The notes under the pieces are model-generated. The model ran no database searches, was not told where the DNA came from, and worked only from the letters and a program-made list of their open reading frames with translations. From NCBI RefSeq assembly GCF_021028975.2, contig NC_059434.1, positions 72,354,001 through 72,418,000 of the forward strand: a stretch of 64,000 nucleotides of DNA. Direction: 5' to 3'. This document shows positions 39,698 through 51,810 of the stretch, in pieces; within the stretch, counting starts at the first letter, position 1, and each line of letters begins with the position of its first letter. This DNA is from Sphaerodactylus townsendi (Eukaryota). Both the position numbers and the translations under genes were made by a program.

Positions 39698-40924
39698 CAA
39701 TAAAGAGTTTAACTACTACCCACAGGGTTTTAGCATATCTGGCTTCCTGTAAGGTCATCTTTTTGGCATTCCTGATACAAAGCAAGTCAAGAAATAGGAA
39801 AATATATTTTAAAAGATGAAACCAGCAATCAGAGCTGTCCTGTTGTTATGCATCTTACTCTTTATCTGATCCAGTGAATAGGTGTGGGAAAATCACAGAT
39901 AACACAGATTCCTAATTTCGCAACTCTCTGTTGGCTTGCCTTATGATTGGGGCCTGCATGAAGAATGCAATTACTTTAGCCCAATGATCTCTTCCTGAAA
40001 ATGGAGAGATGGAAAGTGACCATGCTGAGTTTTGGATCTTTTAACAGCGTTTGAGATGCTTCGCCAGTGAGGTGATGTTTGCTCCCCTGCAGGAAATGGC
40101 AGAGGCAAGCAGGATTGTTTTTCGATAATTCCATGCATGCTTTTCAGGTGTGACCAGAGGTTGTGATGGGTAATTGGTTTTACTCCCCAGGTGCTCGCCT
40201 GATACCATGCTTTCTTCTTTCTGTGCAACACTGATGTGAAATGGACAGGGTGAAGTGCCTTGGGTTTGAAGGATGCTGAACAAACAGTATGCTATTCCTC
40301 CTTCCACACTGGAGCCAATTTATATGATCAGCACATGTCCATTCTAAAGCTTCCTTGAGCTACATGACTTCAAGGAGCCATTAAGATATCATGTGTTTGC
40401 CAATGGGGGTGATAATTCAAATGCATAGGAAACTATGCAGTCTAATCAATATAGCTAATTCTCAACATGGTTCCATCACTGGATATGTAGGTATGAAGAC
40501 TGGGGCCATGAACAGTCAAGACAAATCTTTCTACAAACCTGATAAAAGCCCCAGGTTCACAGAAAATTTGGAAAAAATATACATTGGGGGTTAATAACCC
40601 TTCAAATGATTGAAGCAGCACCTGTAGCTTTAAGAAAGAGATATCCTCTGAGATCTTAGTGGCTATCATGGGGTTTGCTGGACAACCGTAGTACTGCCCG
40701 CCTTTGATCCCTGGGTTCTGTCAGACAAAGGTAAAGAGAAGGAGAAGCCCCCCTCCCAGGACAGTTTTGGTCTTCCAGGCCTCTCTACTCTCCACCCCCT
40801 GTTTTGAAGGAAGGACTCATCAGGGCTGGCAGCAACCATCAGGTGACTCACTACCACACTCCTTGCACAACTTACACCAGCCTAGGAGCAACCAGCAGGC
40901 AACTCACTATTACTCAACAAAAGA

Positions 40925-41140
40925 AACAGTATGGATGCCAGACAAAGATCTGGGAGATACAGGTTTGAATCTTCACTTTGCTGTGAATGGATGACCTTGG
41001 GGCAGTCATTCATTCTCAGCATGACCCTACCTCACAGGGCTGTTGTGATGATTAAATGGAGGAGAGGCGAATGATATAAGCTCCTTTGAGACCCCACTAG
41101 GAAGAAACATGGGGTTTAAATGAATTAAATAAACAATAAA
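40925..41140 (+). mobile_element. Older CORE SINE
   Basis: ctgggagatacaggtttgaatc...gatgaccttggggcagtca...ctacctcacagggctgttgtg; taaa tail. Confidence 0.65.
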
Positions 41141-42249
41141 GCTGAAGACTAGAGAGGTATAAAAGGTTGGTGGATGGAAGGAGGGAAAGAAGCTATGGAG
41201 GGAGGAGGCAAGAAAAAGGAAATGAAGTGTCCCTCTGCAAATCCGTGTAGATTCCCTGCTTATCTTCATCTCAATATGCTGTTAAGCATTCAGAACTAAA
41301 ATCCATGATACAGAGCCAGAAGTGACGCAGTGCAGATTTTGAACAGAGGATACCAATTGGCAAACATTAGTGAAATTTTATGGTCAACCTCTACAACTCC
41401 ATACTCCACATTTTCCTCAACTGTAATAAGATCAATTGCCCTGTGGTCTTTCATGCTCCTCTGCTTGTATCTCTTCATAAATTACAGTGTATACATTAGT
41501 AATGGTGGGGTCATTTTCACCCCTGCTTTCATTGAATGGGGAAGTGAAATGAGCTTATATAAAGACAATGATATTTTCCAAATATATTGGCCCCCTCTTG
41601 TCTTTGCTGCTATTCTGCCTGATGTTGTGCTCAGTGGGATCTCCATGGTTTTTCACACCTATGATCTATGGGGCCTAATCAACCTTTACACCAGCTTAAC
41701 AAAGTACAACTTTTGTTCAGTCAAGCCATCACATTTAATTTTGCTGATTGCATTGCTGGCTTGATTCCAAAGTATGTGTCGAACAAAATTAAGAATATAA
41801 TTTAAACCTTTCTGTGCAAGACAAACATTGGAATGGGATGAGTTAATCAACTGGATATTCGTTGTTGCATTCACTCCTTCAGTGTAATTATTTCAAACAT
41901 GGTTAATAGCTGGTAATAAATCATTGCTTTCTGGGGAGGTGTGTGCCTTATTTTTCTTTACCTCTCACCTTTGATGCTTGCCTGTTTTGCTCCATCTTTT
42001 CATCCTTCTGCCCCAGGCTCTCTTGTTCCGAATTGCTACTTGGTGTCCTCTGATCAGCTTTTACTCTGGAAATCTACCTTTATCAATATGACATGCAGAT
42101 CAATGTCTTGTTTCATTGATAACTGATATTGCAGGAGCAGAGAAAGGCAAACAGAGAAGCAGAACTCTGTTGGGTACAATCCAGTGATTTGTTCCTGATT
42201 CTAATCCAGCTCAGCACTATATATGTAGAGACAAAACTGCCTTAACCCT

Positions 42250-42720
42250 TATTGGTTCATTGATCCATTGAGGTTGTCAATGGGCCTTTGACCACTCTCT
42301 TTGATCCCCCCCCCATGCCATGCGCTGCTCTCAGCGCGCGGCATCCCAGGCGCGTGCCTGGGCTTCCCCACGACCCCGCTCTCTGCGCAGGGTCATCAAA
42401 AGGTGCCGTTAAGAAGACCACCTAGGATGCCGTGTGCTGAGGGGGCGTGACAGCAGCAGCTTTGGGGTGGCTGCGCTGTTGCCGCCCCTGTTGTGGGGAG
42501 TGCCGGGGGACCCCGCTCTACTCTCCTCAAGTAGCGCGGGGCTTAAGGTAAGTGGGGAAAGGCCCACTGTCAACTAAGACTGGCAGCAGCTCTCCAGAGT
42601 CCTAGGCTGAAATCTTTCGTACTGCTTACTACCTGATTTGTTTAACCAGAGATGCTGGGTGTTGAACCAGGGATCTTCTGCACACCAAGTGGATGGTTTA
42701 CCACTGAGCCATGGCCCCCA
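42250..42720 (-). mobile_element. tRNA-headed SINE with CR1-like tail (Squam2-like), split by a MITE
   Basis: Reverse reads ggggccatggctcagtggtaaacca...ggttcaacaccc (A and B boxes), then gagagctgctgccagtc. Confidence 0.65.
42282..42565. mobile_element. GC-rich Harbinger-like MITE
   Basis: Ends GGGCCTTTGACCACT / AGTGGGGAAAGGCCC; interrupts a SINE. Confidence 0.7.
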
Positions 42721-42850
42721 CCCCAAAGTTTATTCATTCAAAATTTAATCTACTGATGAAGGAGGTTCACTTAAGCAAGCTATTTATTGTATGATGGGTG
42801 GTGGGGATAGAATGGGTGGTTCCTTAGTGTTGAGTAAAATTCATCTGAAG

Positions 42851-43125
42851 TATTGTCAAAGTCTTTCATGGCCAGAATCAACTGGGTTTTGTCGATTTTC
42901 CAGGCTGTGGGGCCTTGGTCTGGTAGTTTCTCCAGCTACTAGACCACAGGTATCAAAACTCGTGGCCCTCCAGATGTTATGGACTACAGTTCCCATCATC
43001 CCCTGCCAGCCTGATGTTGGCAGGGGATGATGGGAACTATAGTCCGCAACATATGGAGGGCCGTGAGTTTGACACCTATGTACTAGACCATAGCCACACA
43101 ACCCAGAAAAACCATAAAACCCAGC
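42851..43125. mobile_element. Older/other-subfamily Penelope-like inverted pseudo-LTR remnant interrupted by a hAT MITE
   Basis: tattgtcaaagtctttcatggccagaatcaactggg resembles the PLE tail at 39490; inverted partner ...acaacccagaaaaaccataaaacccag; flanking ttca(t/a)ctgaagt repeats. Confidence 0.65.
42945..43080. mobile_element. Palindromic hAT MITE nested in PLE remnant
   Basis: Same family as 37094; TSD TACTAGAC. Confidence 0.85.
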
Positions 43126-43277
43126 TTTCAACTGAAGTCCAGTTGCTGTACAGCACAGTGGCATATTGGTGAGGCTTTCAGTAAAGTTTTGTGCAGGAAT
43201 TTTGGTTGAAAATCTTAAATGTTTGAGACCAATCTGTCTTGAAGATGCTCTTCAATAAACCTGCCCATTAGCTGAAT

Positions 43278-43440
43278 NNNNNNNNNNNNNNNNNNNNNNN
43301 NNNNNNNNNNNNNNNNNNNNNNNNNNNNNNNNNNNNNNNNNNNNNNNNNNNNNNNNNNNNNNNNNNNNNNNNNNNNNNNNNNNNNNNNNNNNNNNNNNNN
43401 NNNNNNNNNNNNNNNNNNNNNNNNNNNNNNNNNNNNNNNN
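43278..43440. other. Assembly gap
   Basis: Run of N. Confidence 1.
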
Positions 43441-45807
43441 GAAAGAACAAGAGTTGTTGCCATTTCATTAACACTTATAAAAAGAAATAAAACATGAATA
43501 AGATTGTATATCTCAAGAATACTTCGTGATTCAGAACACTATGCTATCTATTTGCACTCTGCTGACTTTAGATCTGAAGAGAGATTAGTTTTTTTTCCAT
43601 AACTGATAGAAAACTGAATTTTGATACAACACCCCAGTCAGTGGTTTACTAGAATTAACAGGATTCCTTACTACTAGGATTGATGCAAGCAGGACATTTA
43701 TTACATTTGTGTGTTATTACAGAGAACACAAAGCCCTCTTTATAGGAACAAGTAGCACTCTGGCACATAGCATGCCAGTCTATGCACGGGAGAGAAAGTT
43801 CGGCTGCGGGAATTCTGAATCAGCTTGTGATTACAGCAGATGAAATATGGGATGCCAGCAAAGATTGCAAGCCTAAAAGCATAACAAGAATGAACAGATG
43901 GGTTGCTTTTGTACACTTGGAACAGACTTCATGTTGGGAAAGGGAGATCTCCAGTGGCAGCTGGGAACATATTTCCATGTTTCTAGAATGCAAACAGTCT
44001 TTAAAAGTATCCTATGCCGTTTCAGAACTGGAGAGAAAAGGATGTAAAAATTCTAACAGAAACTAAAAGAAATGAATTTCTTACATTTCAGGCTACATTT
44101 CTTCCATCATAGGTCCTTTATGCATTTCCCACTTACTGTGTGGATAAGAGCTTCAAAATGGGGCTATCCCTTGTCTCTCTGTTGACATTTTAAAGTGTCC
44201 GGGCTGATCTGCCATCCCCCCCCCCTTTTTATTCCACTGTGGACACCACAAACTGGCTTGAAAAAAAAGCAACCTCAAGGCTTGAAAGGAAAATAAGGAG
44301 GAAAAAAAGGCAGGCTGGAGCTCAGACTTTTCCTAAACAAAAAAAATAGCACTTCCTGATTGTCCTGAACTGGGGGCTAGTTAAGCTGGAGGAAAGGCAG
44401 GGAGGAACAACAAAACCTGGAGGAAGATAAATGCTTCCTGATTCCCTTTGCAGGGAGGGAGAGGTTGGGGAAAAGCTGCAGTTTACCAAATTTTGAAAAC
44501 CACAGAGCTTTGCTGATCTGAGGTGCAGTGAGTTTGGAAGAGGCCAAAATAGATGTGTAACCAAAAATCTAAGCCAAAGGAAAGGTCAGCTCAACTGAGC
44601 GGCAGACTGCAAGTGAGCAGAAGGGTTTTGCAAATGGTATCAATGAGCAAAGTCAATTCTTATGTGATTTAAGGAATAAAAGAGAATAAAAACAGAAGCA
44701 CAGTCAGTTAAGAAGACTTCATTTTTGCCACTATGAAGAACTGTGGCCACAACCATGCTCAATAAAGATATTCTCAAGCTGGGAACCCAAGGCAGGCAGG
44801 GGGATCCCACCCGCCATTGCTTGCTTGCCACCCACTCACTGGGCTGGCCACTTGCTGGCCAGTCCACTCACCTGCAGTGTTGCTTCCTCTGCTCATGTGT
44901 TAGAGTTAGCCAGAAGCAAAAGAAGTGTACTGTGCCTGCTCACCATGGCCTCTCCTCCTCCAGTAATTTGATTTATGATGCAATTGCTCAGGTTCCTCCT
45001 GCCCTATGCTCCCACTTCCAGGACCCATAAGAAACTTGAGGAGAGAGGCATTTTGGCAGCAGTGGCACCAAACTGATGCCCCACTACTCAACTCTCCTCT
45101 CTCCCCCCCCCCCCATTCTAACAGTGGTGTTTTTCGCACAACCAAAACAATACATTTTGAGGCAGGAAATAAACTAGCCCAAAATGTTTTATTTCCAGCC
45201 TGAAAATGTTTTAAATGCATCCTTTTCCCCAACTATTCTTTGGTTGAAACATTTTCTAACTGTTTTGAGTTACTGTGCCTATTTCTTTAAAACATTTCCC
45301 ACACCTCTTCACAGTCCCCAGACTTCCTCTTTGGCACCATTTTCTGAGCTTGGTTCATCATCTTGCCAATTTATTTTTGTCAGTTGTTTGTTTATTTTGA
45401 GGCACGATACCTTTGAAGCTTCGAATGCAAGATTTTTGAAGAATCACAGCATGAGCCTTTGAAGCATTGAGGCAACAGGTTCACAAAGAAGTTTTAAAAG
45501 GATAGAAAAAGCACAAAATGGTGGGCAGGAACGGTCCGAAGGGGGGTAAGTGCAAACAAATGGGGGGTGGGGTGGAAAACATTTTGCAAACATTTTACAC
45601 ATTTTTCATTGTGCAGAAAAGGCCAGTATCATTGTTCATGCACCCCACTAAACCTTAAATGGGGGCAAATTAAACAAAACAAATTATGTGGATCAATGAG
45701 GATGGAAGGGAAAGGCCAAGAAAGTAACCATGACTGTCTCAACCATATGCCCAGTGGAACAGCTCTGTCTTACAGGCCCTGCGAAAATGTATTAGATCCC
45801 ACAGGGC

Positions 45808-46184
45808 CAGTGGTGGGATCCAAAAATTTTAGCAACAGGTTCCCATGGTGGTGGGATTCAAACTGTGGCATAGCACCAATGGGGCTGGGTGGGGTACGAC
45901 GGGGGCATGGCTGGGCATTCCGGGGGTGGGGCAGTGGCAAGGACGCAGCCGCTGCGCCGGTCCTTGGGCGAGAAACGAATGCACGCAGGCGCAGGCTGCC
46001 ACGCACACCAGTGCACCCCTGCTAGACTGCCTCAAGTTCTGCATGCTACTGATGAGAGGAGGGGCGTTAACTAAGGCAAAAATCACGTGGAAAAATCACC
46101 AATTAGTAACCTCCTCTCGGCACACACAAATAATTAGTAACCTACTCTCAGGAACCTGTGAGAACCTGCTGGATCCCACCTCTG
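45808..46184. mobile_element. hAT non-autonomous element
   Basis: TIR CAGTGGTGGGATCC / GGATCCCACCTCTG; perfect TSD CACAGGGC. Confidence 0.9.
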
Positions 46185-47137
46185 CACAGGGCCCTTTTCT
46201 CATTGGACAGAGTGTTCCACCAGGCTGGTTTGCATTGTGTTGCAAAGCACATCTCGATTCAGAACCTATCAGGAGTTTAAGTTCCACTTTCAGTGATCTT
46301 CCTCTCCCAAGAAGTACATACTTTATTAGTGGTGCCTATTAGAGAGATACCCTTAATGTTAGACTTGCAACAAACATCAAAGCAGTTCATGCCATATTTG
46401 AAAGCACTAAATGCTAATATTTTTCCTATATTTAAAAATTTATGAGTCGGTGCATCCATGGAACTATCAGTATATATATGTATATATTGTGTATATCCTT
46501 TATCCCTTGCCTAGGCAATCTTATTTGTTTTAAAGTGCCATGGCAGAGAAATTAAAACCATATATAACCCTGTGTGACATTGCCACTATTAGCAGTGCAT
46601 TTTTTCATCATTCCACTCACCCTATGAACTTGTAAAATTCAAATATCTAATATCTTCCATCCTGCGGTACCAGGGTCTATAGATTAGAAGATTTAAATGA
46701 AGTATACAGCAGCTTTCAGAAGTGAATAACTACTTAATAAATATGCAGTACAGCTTTTTTTAAAAACACACACACACACACACAGGTAAAACAGACATTA
46801 GGACGAAGTAGTTGATGCTAACTTATTCCAAATTATATATTCTCCGGGTATGTTTGAGGGATAGAGAGTGTGTGTATACATTAGCAAGCCATTAAGATGC
46901 TTTACAGCATTATAGTATTTACATTTTCCATTGTGCTTTAGAATATTCCCTTGTAGTTAGCATAACAAACTACCTGAATGGAATGTTGAATGTATCTAGT
47001 AGAATGCAAGGTGCCCATTTTATAATGATCCTCTCTTTAAACTAGTATTTATCTGTCTAGAACCACCAGCATACTTATAAACCTATGGTTCTGCTTTATT
47101 TGTGCATCTAGTTAATTGTGCTCAGTATCATCTACTC

Positions 47138-47284
47138 CACAGGTGTCAAACTCGCAGCTCTCCAGATGTTCATGAACCACAATTCCCATCAACCCTTGCC
47201 AGCATAGCCAATGCTCATGTTGGGAGGGACTGATGGGAATTGTAATTCATGAATATCTGGAGGGCCGCAAGTTTGACACCCCTG
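47138..47284. mobile_element. Palindromic hAT MITE (diverged)
   Basis: cacaggtgtcaaactcgc...gtttgacacccctg; flanked by (c/a)tactc repeats. Confidence 0.8.
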
Positions 47285-47469
47285 ATACTCTTTCGTATGG
47301 TCTCAGGCAGATAATGGTCTTTTTCAATACCTGCTGCCTGAGACTCAAGTGTTTCCAACCTCCAGCAAAGCTCTGCAGATCTCCCAGAATTGCAGCTGAT
47401 CTTCAGATTACAGAGATTAGTTCCCCTGGAGAAAATGGACGCTTTGGGGGTGATTGTATGAAGTACCTT

Positions 47470-48272
47470 CAGTGTGGTGTAGTGGTTAAGAGTGGGGGAC
47501 TCTTATCTGGAAATCTGGGTTTGATTCCCCACTTCTCCACATGAGTGGTGGACTCTTATCTGGTGAACAGGGTTTGTTTCCCCACTCCTACATGTGAAGC
47601 CTGTGGGATGACCTTGGTTTACTCACAGTTCTTCAGAACTCTCTTAGCCCCACCTATCTCACAATTGTGGGGAGAGGGAGGGAATGAGTTTGTGAGCTGC
47701 TTTGGCCCTTTCTATACGGGCGGGCGAGCTGGAGTGCACCAACATAATTGCTGTCGGTGCACCCCACCCCCCGGGGCTGTTCGCATGTCATTTTGCAACC
47801 CCCCAGTGCCCCAGTGGCCTACGGGACCGCCTTCACACAGGACCACCGCTTTCCCCCCCCTGCTCTTACCACCTCTTGGCTGCCGTCACTGTACAGAGGC
47901 CAGGGGACACACACCCATGGCCATGGCGACGCCTCCAGGGATGGAAGGCAGGAGGCATGTCCCCTGGCCTCTGTACAGTGATGGCAGTTTAGAGGAGGTA
48001 AGAGGGGGGAAAACAGTATGGGGAAAACCCTGCCTTCAACCAGGTGCCATTCACTCGGCAGCGGGTGGAAGGCCTCATTCTCCAAATGACTCACTCAACG
48101 AGTGAGTCAAGAAAACGCTGGTGTGGAGGGGCATTTGCCACTGAAGCTGCCCACACCAGTGTTTTTACCGGCCCCTCACCGCTCTAAATGGCCCATGTGG
48201 AAGGGACCTTTGAAACTCCTTATAGGAGAGAAAAGGGGAGTATTAATCCAAACTCCTTTTCTGCTTCTTCTC
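47470..48272 (+). mobile_element. tRNA/CORE-type SINE split by a MITE (47704-48208)
   Basis: SINE head and body 47470-47703; resumes ...tttgaaactccttataggagagaaaagggg...aatccaaactc at 48209. Confidence 0.8.
47704..48208. mobile_element. GC-rich Harbinger-like MITE
   Basis: GGCCCTTTCTATACGGGC / GCCCATGTGGAAGGGACC; TSD TTT; internal inverted repeat. Confidence 0.8.
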
Positions 48273-48820
48273 TCCGCCTTAAACCCTGCCCTCCCTAGGC
48301 TCTACCCCCAAATATTCAGTAAGTTTCTAATACGATTTAAATCATCTGTATGGGAGTTCATCAATGCGAAGGCACGGAGACCAGCACTCAAAAGAGGAGC
48401 TATAAGCAGCGATCAAGTTGTTTTGCTACTAATTAAAATAGCCAAGTTTACTGTTTCTTACATTTTCATTAAATGATGTAGACATAATTTTCTCATATGG
48501 CCCTTTCCGGTAACCTGATATTTAATTATTATTTTTTTTTAAAAAAAACAGCTCATGCCAATAAAGTACAGCAGTAAAATAAATGTGAAGGAATATATCA
48601 GACAGGTAATTAAAGCAGACGATAACCATAAAAACTAATGAGTTTTGAAGCAAATTATGTTATAGTTTCTGAATATTTTACCCATTAGGATATGAACATA
48701 CACTCCAGTGGATGTCAGTGTATGAACCTTATATTCATCATATGTTATCTAATGAGCTGTTTTTATTTTTTTTAATCCAGGTCCATTACAAAGCACGCAC
48801 GCGTGTGTGTATACATATAT

Positions 48821-48822
<2 letters not shown>

Positions 48823-48866
<44 letters not shown>
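48823..48866 (+). repeat. (GA)n microsatellite
   Basis: Direct observation. Confidence 0.95.
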
Positions 48867-48867
<1 letters not shown>

Positions 48868-49089
48868 ATCTGTGCATTTATTAAACATTATACTATATAT
48901 GTGCTTTATCTAGTTTTATCATATGTAAATGCTGCCTTATTTGTGCATTTAGTTAATTGTGCTCAGTATCATCTACTCCACAGGTGTCAAACTCGCAACC
49001 CTCCAGATGTTCATGAACCACAATTCCCATCAACCCTTGCCAGTATAGCCAATGCTCATGTTGGGAGGGACTGATGGGAATTGTAGTGA

Positions 49090-49277
49090 ATCACATAAAT
49101 GAATCACAAGCAACTCATGGTGACCCCATGACCAGTGGGCAAGGGATAAGCAGAGGTGGTTTGCCACTGCCTTCCTCCACAAAGCTATCTCTGCCTTCTT
49201 TGGTGGTCTCCCATCCAAACACTAAACACAACCAACCATGCTTAGCTTCCCAGCTCTGAAAAGCTCAGGTTAAGTGG
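49090..49277 (-). mobile_element. 5S-headed SINE
   Basis: Reverse reads ggaagctaagcatgg...ttagtgtttggatgggagacc...ggcaaaccacctctg. Confidence 0.72.
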
Positions 49278-49285
49278 AGCTATAC

Positions 49286-49422
49286 CAGTGGTGGCGAACC
49301 TTTGGCACTCCAGATGTTATGGACTACAATTCCCATCAGCCCCTGCCAATTGGCCATGCTGGCAGGGGCTGATGGGAACTGTAGTCCATAACATCTGGAG
49401 TGCCAAAGGTTCGCCACCACGG
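49286..49422. mobile_element. Palindromic hAT MITE (same family as 17818)
   Basis: Near-identical sequence; TSD agctatac / ggctatat (6 of 8). Confidence 0.88.
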
Positions 49423-49849
49423 GGCTATATAATAGCCAAGGGCTGGCCTTCATTGGGATAGCCATATTCAGACTACAGGGTCCTTAGCAGCTACCATTCA
49501 GAGTTCTGTAATGTCAAAGAAACCTGAACAACTGCTGAAAAGAAGTTAATTTACAAAAAAAATTTGGGTGTAAAAAGAAAAGAACCCAAACAATCAAATA
49601 GTGATGATGGGGTGCGCACAGATTACATGTCAGCTCCTAAAGCAGCATTTTAGAATATTAATGGAGGAGAAACTGGAGGCGGAAGGACAGGGAAGCTCCC
49701 TTGGACTGATATTACATGAAGAATTTCTCCTCCATTCTCCTTGTGGGTCCTTGTGGGTTGCTGTCTGGTTTGAGGGGTGGGGAGCACAAGCACACTTGCA
49801 ACTCAGCCTAGCCTGAAGCATGGACCTCTGCCTTGGCACAGCCTATCTT

Positions 49850-50280
49850 GCCCCCAAGCTCCAAGCCACGGCAATCAAACTACACTATGCTAATGCACTT
49901 TACATAGGTCTCATGAGGTCAACTTGGAGTCTCCAGCTGGTACTGAATGGCACAACTTGGTCATTATCAGGAGCTAGACAGAGCATCCATGTTACTCCCA
50001 TTCTGGAGTCACCCCATTGGCTGCCTATTAGTTATTATCATATTACAAAGCCCTTCATGGCCTTGGTACCTCATCTGCAGGACAATGCTGTGCCGTGACA
50101 GCTTCATTTGTTGGGTCTCCTTCTGCCAACTTGCCAATGAGAAAAACAAACAGCTTCATGTGCATTTTCTGCAGTAGCCCTCACGTTATGGATTGAATTG
50201 CTTAATGCGGTTAAGGAAGCTGCCACACTTCTGGCTCTCCACAAACTATGCAAAACTGAATTATTTAGTAGGGCTTTTTT
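49850..50280 (+). mobile_element. Old L2 LINE 3' fragment
   Basis: LHYANALYIGL...LQLVLN...HVTPILESPHWLPI matches the L2 ORF2 C-terminal LDYCN..LQ.VQN..HITP.L..LHWLP pattern. Confidence 0.75.
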
Positions 50281-50526
50281 ACACAGGTAATTAGGTTTGT
50301 ACTGTAATGCAATGTTTCATAAAGATGCTTTGGTAAAGGTATAGGACTGTGGACTATAATACTGTGTACAATACATACTGTCTGTAGCTGGAAACGGGGA
50401 TTTTTGTTACAGAACTTGCCAGTACCGGCACCTTTTTGAAGGCCCAATTTCTTCCTAATTCCTGAGGTGGAAATCAGTGCAGCCTTACTTATGAGTACTG
50501 ATGTTTCTTCTTAATAAAATAAACAC

Positions 50527-51201
50527 CTGGGTGCTGTGTGGTTTCCGGGCTGTATGGCCGTGTTCTAGCAGCATTCTCTCCTGACGTTTCGCCTGCATCT
50601 GTGGCTGGCATCTTCAGAAGATCTGATGTTGGGAAAGCAAGTGGAGTATATATATCTGTTGGAGTGTCCAGGGTGGGTGGAGAAACATTGTCTGTGAGTA
50701 ACAAAGAAGGCAACCAGGTCAATAGTTGAGGGCATCTGAATAGAAGTATGAGTAACAATGAAGACTATAGCATGGGAGTAACAATGGAGATAGCAAGGTC
50801 ACTGGTGCGAGCCTCTGAATAGAAGTATCCTGGCCTTTGTTTCTTTTGTCTATGGTCATCCTGTGTTTGTGTGGAGCTGGTTAGACACTGTCTTGATTCT
50901 AGTATTTTTCAACACTGGCAGCCAAGTTCTGTTCAATTTCATAGTTTCTTCCTTTCTGTTAAAATTGTCCATGTGCTTATGGATTTCAATTGCTTCTCTG
51001 TGTAGTCTGACGTAGTGGCTTTCAGAGTGGTCCAGAATTTCTGTTTTTTCAAATAATATTCTATGTCCAGGTTGGTTTGAAGATGCCAGCCACAGATGCA
51101 GGCAAAACGTCAGGAGAGAATGCTGCTAGAACACGGCCATACAGCCCGGAAACCACACAGTACCCAAGTGATTCCGGCCGTGAAAGCCTTCGACAATACA
51201 T
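50527..51201 (-). mobile_element. Penelope-like retroelement 3' fragment: GIY-YIG endonuclease C-terminus, pseudo-LTR and inverted pseudo-LTR
   Basis: Minus strand ~51075-50860 translates GHRILFEKTEILDHSESHYVRLHREAIEIHKHMDNFNRKEE, typical of the PLE endonuclease end. Inverted arms at 50527-50617 and 51078-51201. 12-bp TSD TAAAATAAACAC (50515-50526 / 51202-51213). Confidence 0.9.
50579..50621 (-). ncRNA. Minimal type I hammerhead ribozyme motif in PLE pseudo-LTR
   Basis: UCUU-CUGAAGA-U-GCCAGCCACAGAUGCAGGC-GAAAC-GUC-AGGA: intact CUGANGA and GAAA core, stem II GCC/GGC, palindromic minimal stem III, GUC cleavage triplet, 4-bp stem I with one G-U pair. Confidence 0.75.
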
Positions 51202-51555
51202 TAAAATAAACACTGTTTGGAAGTGTCTGCAACCTACTGTGTAACTTCTGCATTGTTTAGCACAATACGTTAATATTTGAGCTCATAATACTTCAACTCC
51301 TATTTCTGTACCAAAATGTATTGCTTTGCTTACTGGATGTCGCATCCTGTCAATTGTGTTTGACTTATCCTGTGCAATTTGCCTTGAATCTCAGTGAGAA
51401 AGGCAGACAATAAATAGCACAAGTAAATAAATAAATAAACAGAAGGAAGAAAAGGAAATTCTTATGGAATCTTCTCTCAGTAATGACAACAAAGGACTTT
51501 TAATCGAAACATGGATAACCTGAGAAAGAAACGTAAGTTCACAGAAGATGAATCA

Positions 51556-51810
<255 letters not shown>

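Noticed and set aside
41330-41764. 144-aa hydrophobic ORF
   Set aside because: No recognisable motif, non-ATG start and no splice context; consistent with a chance ORF.
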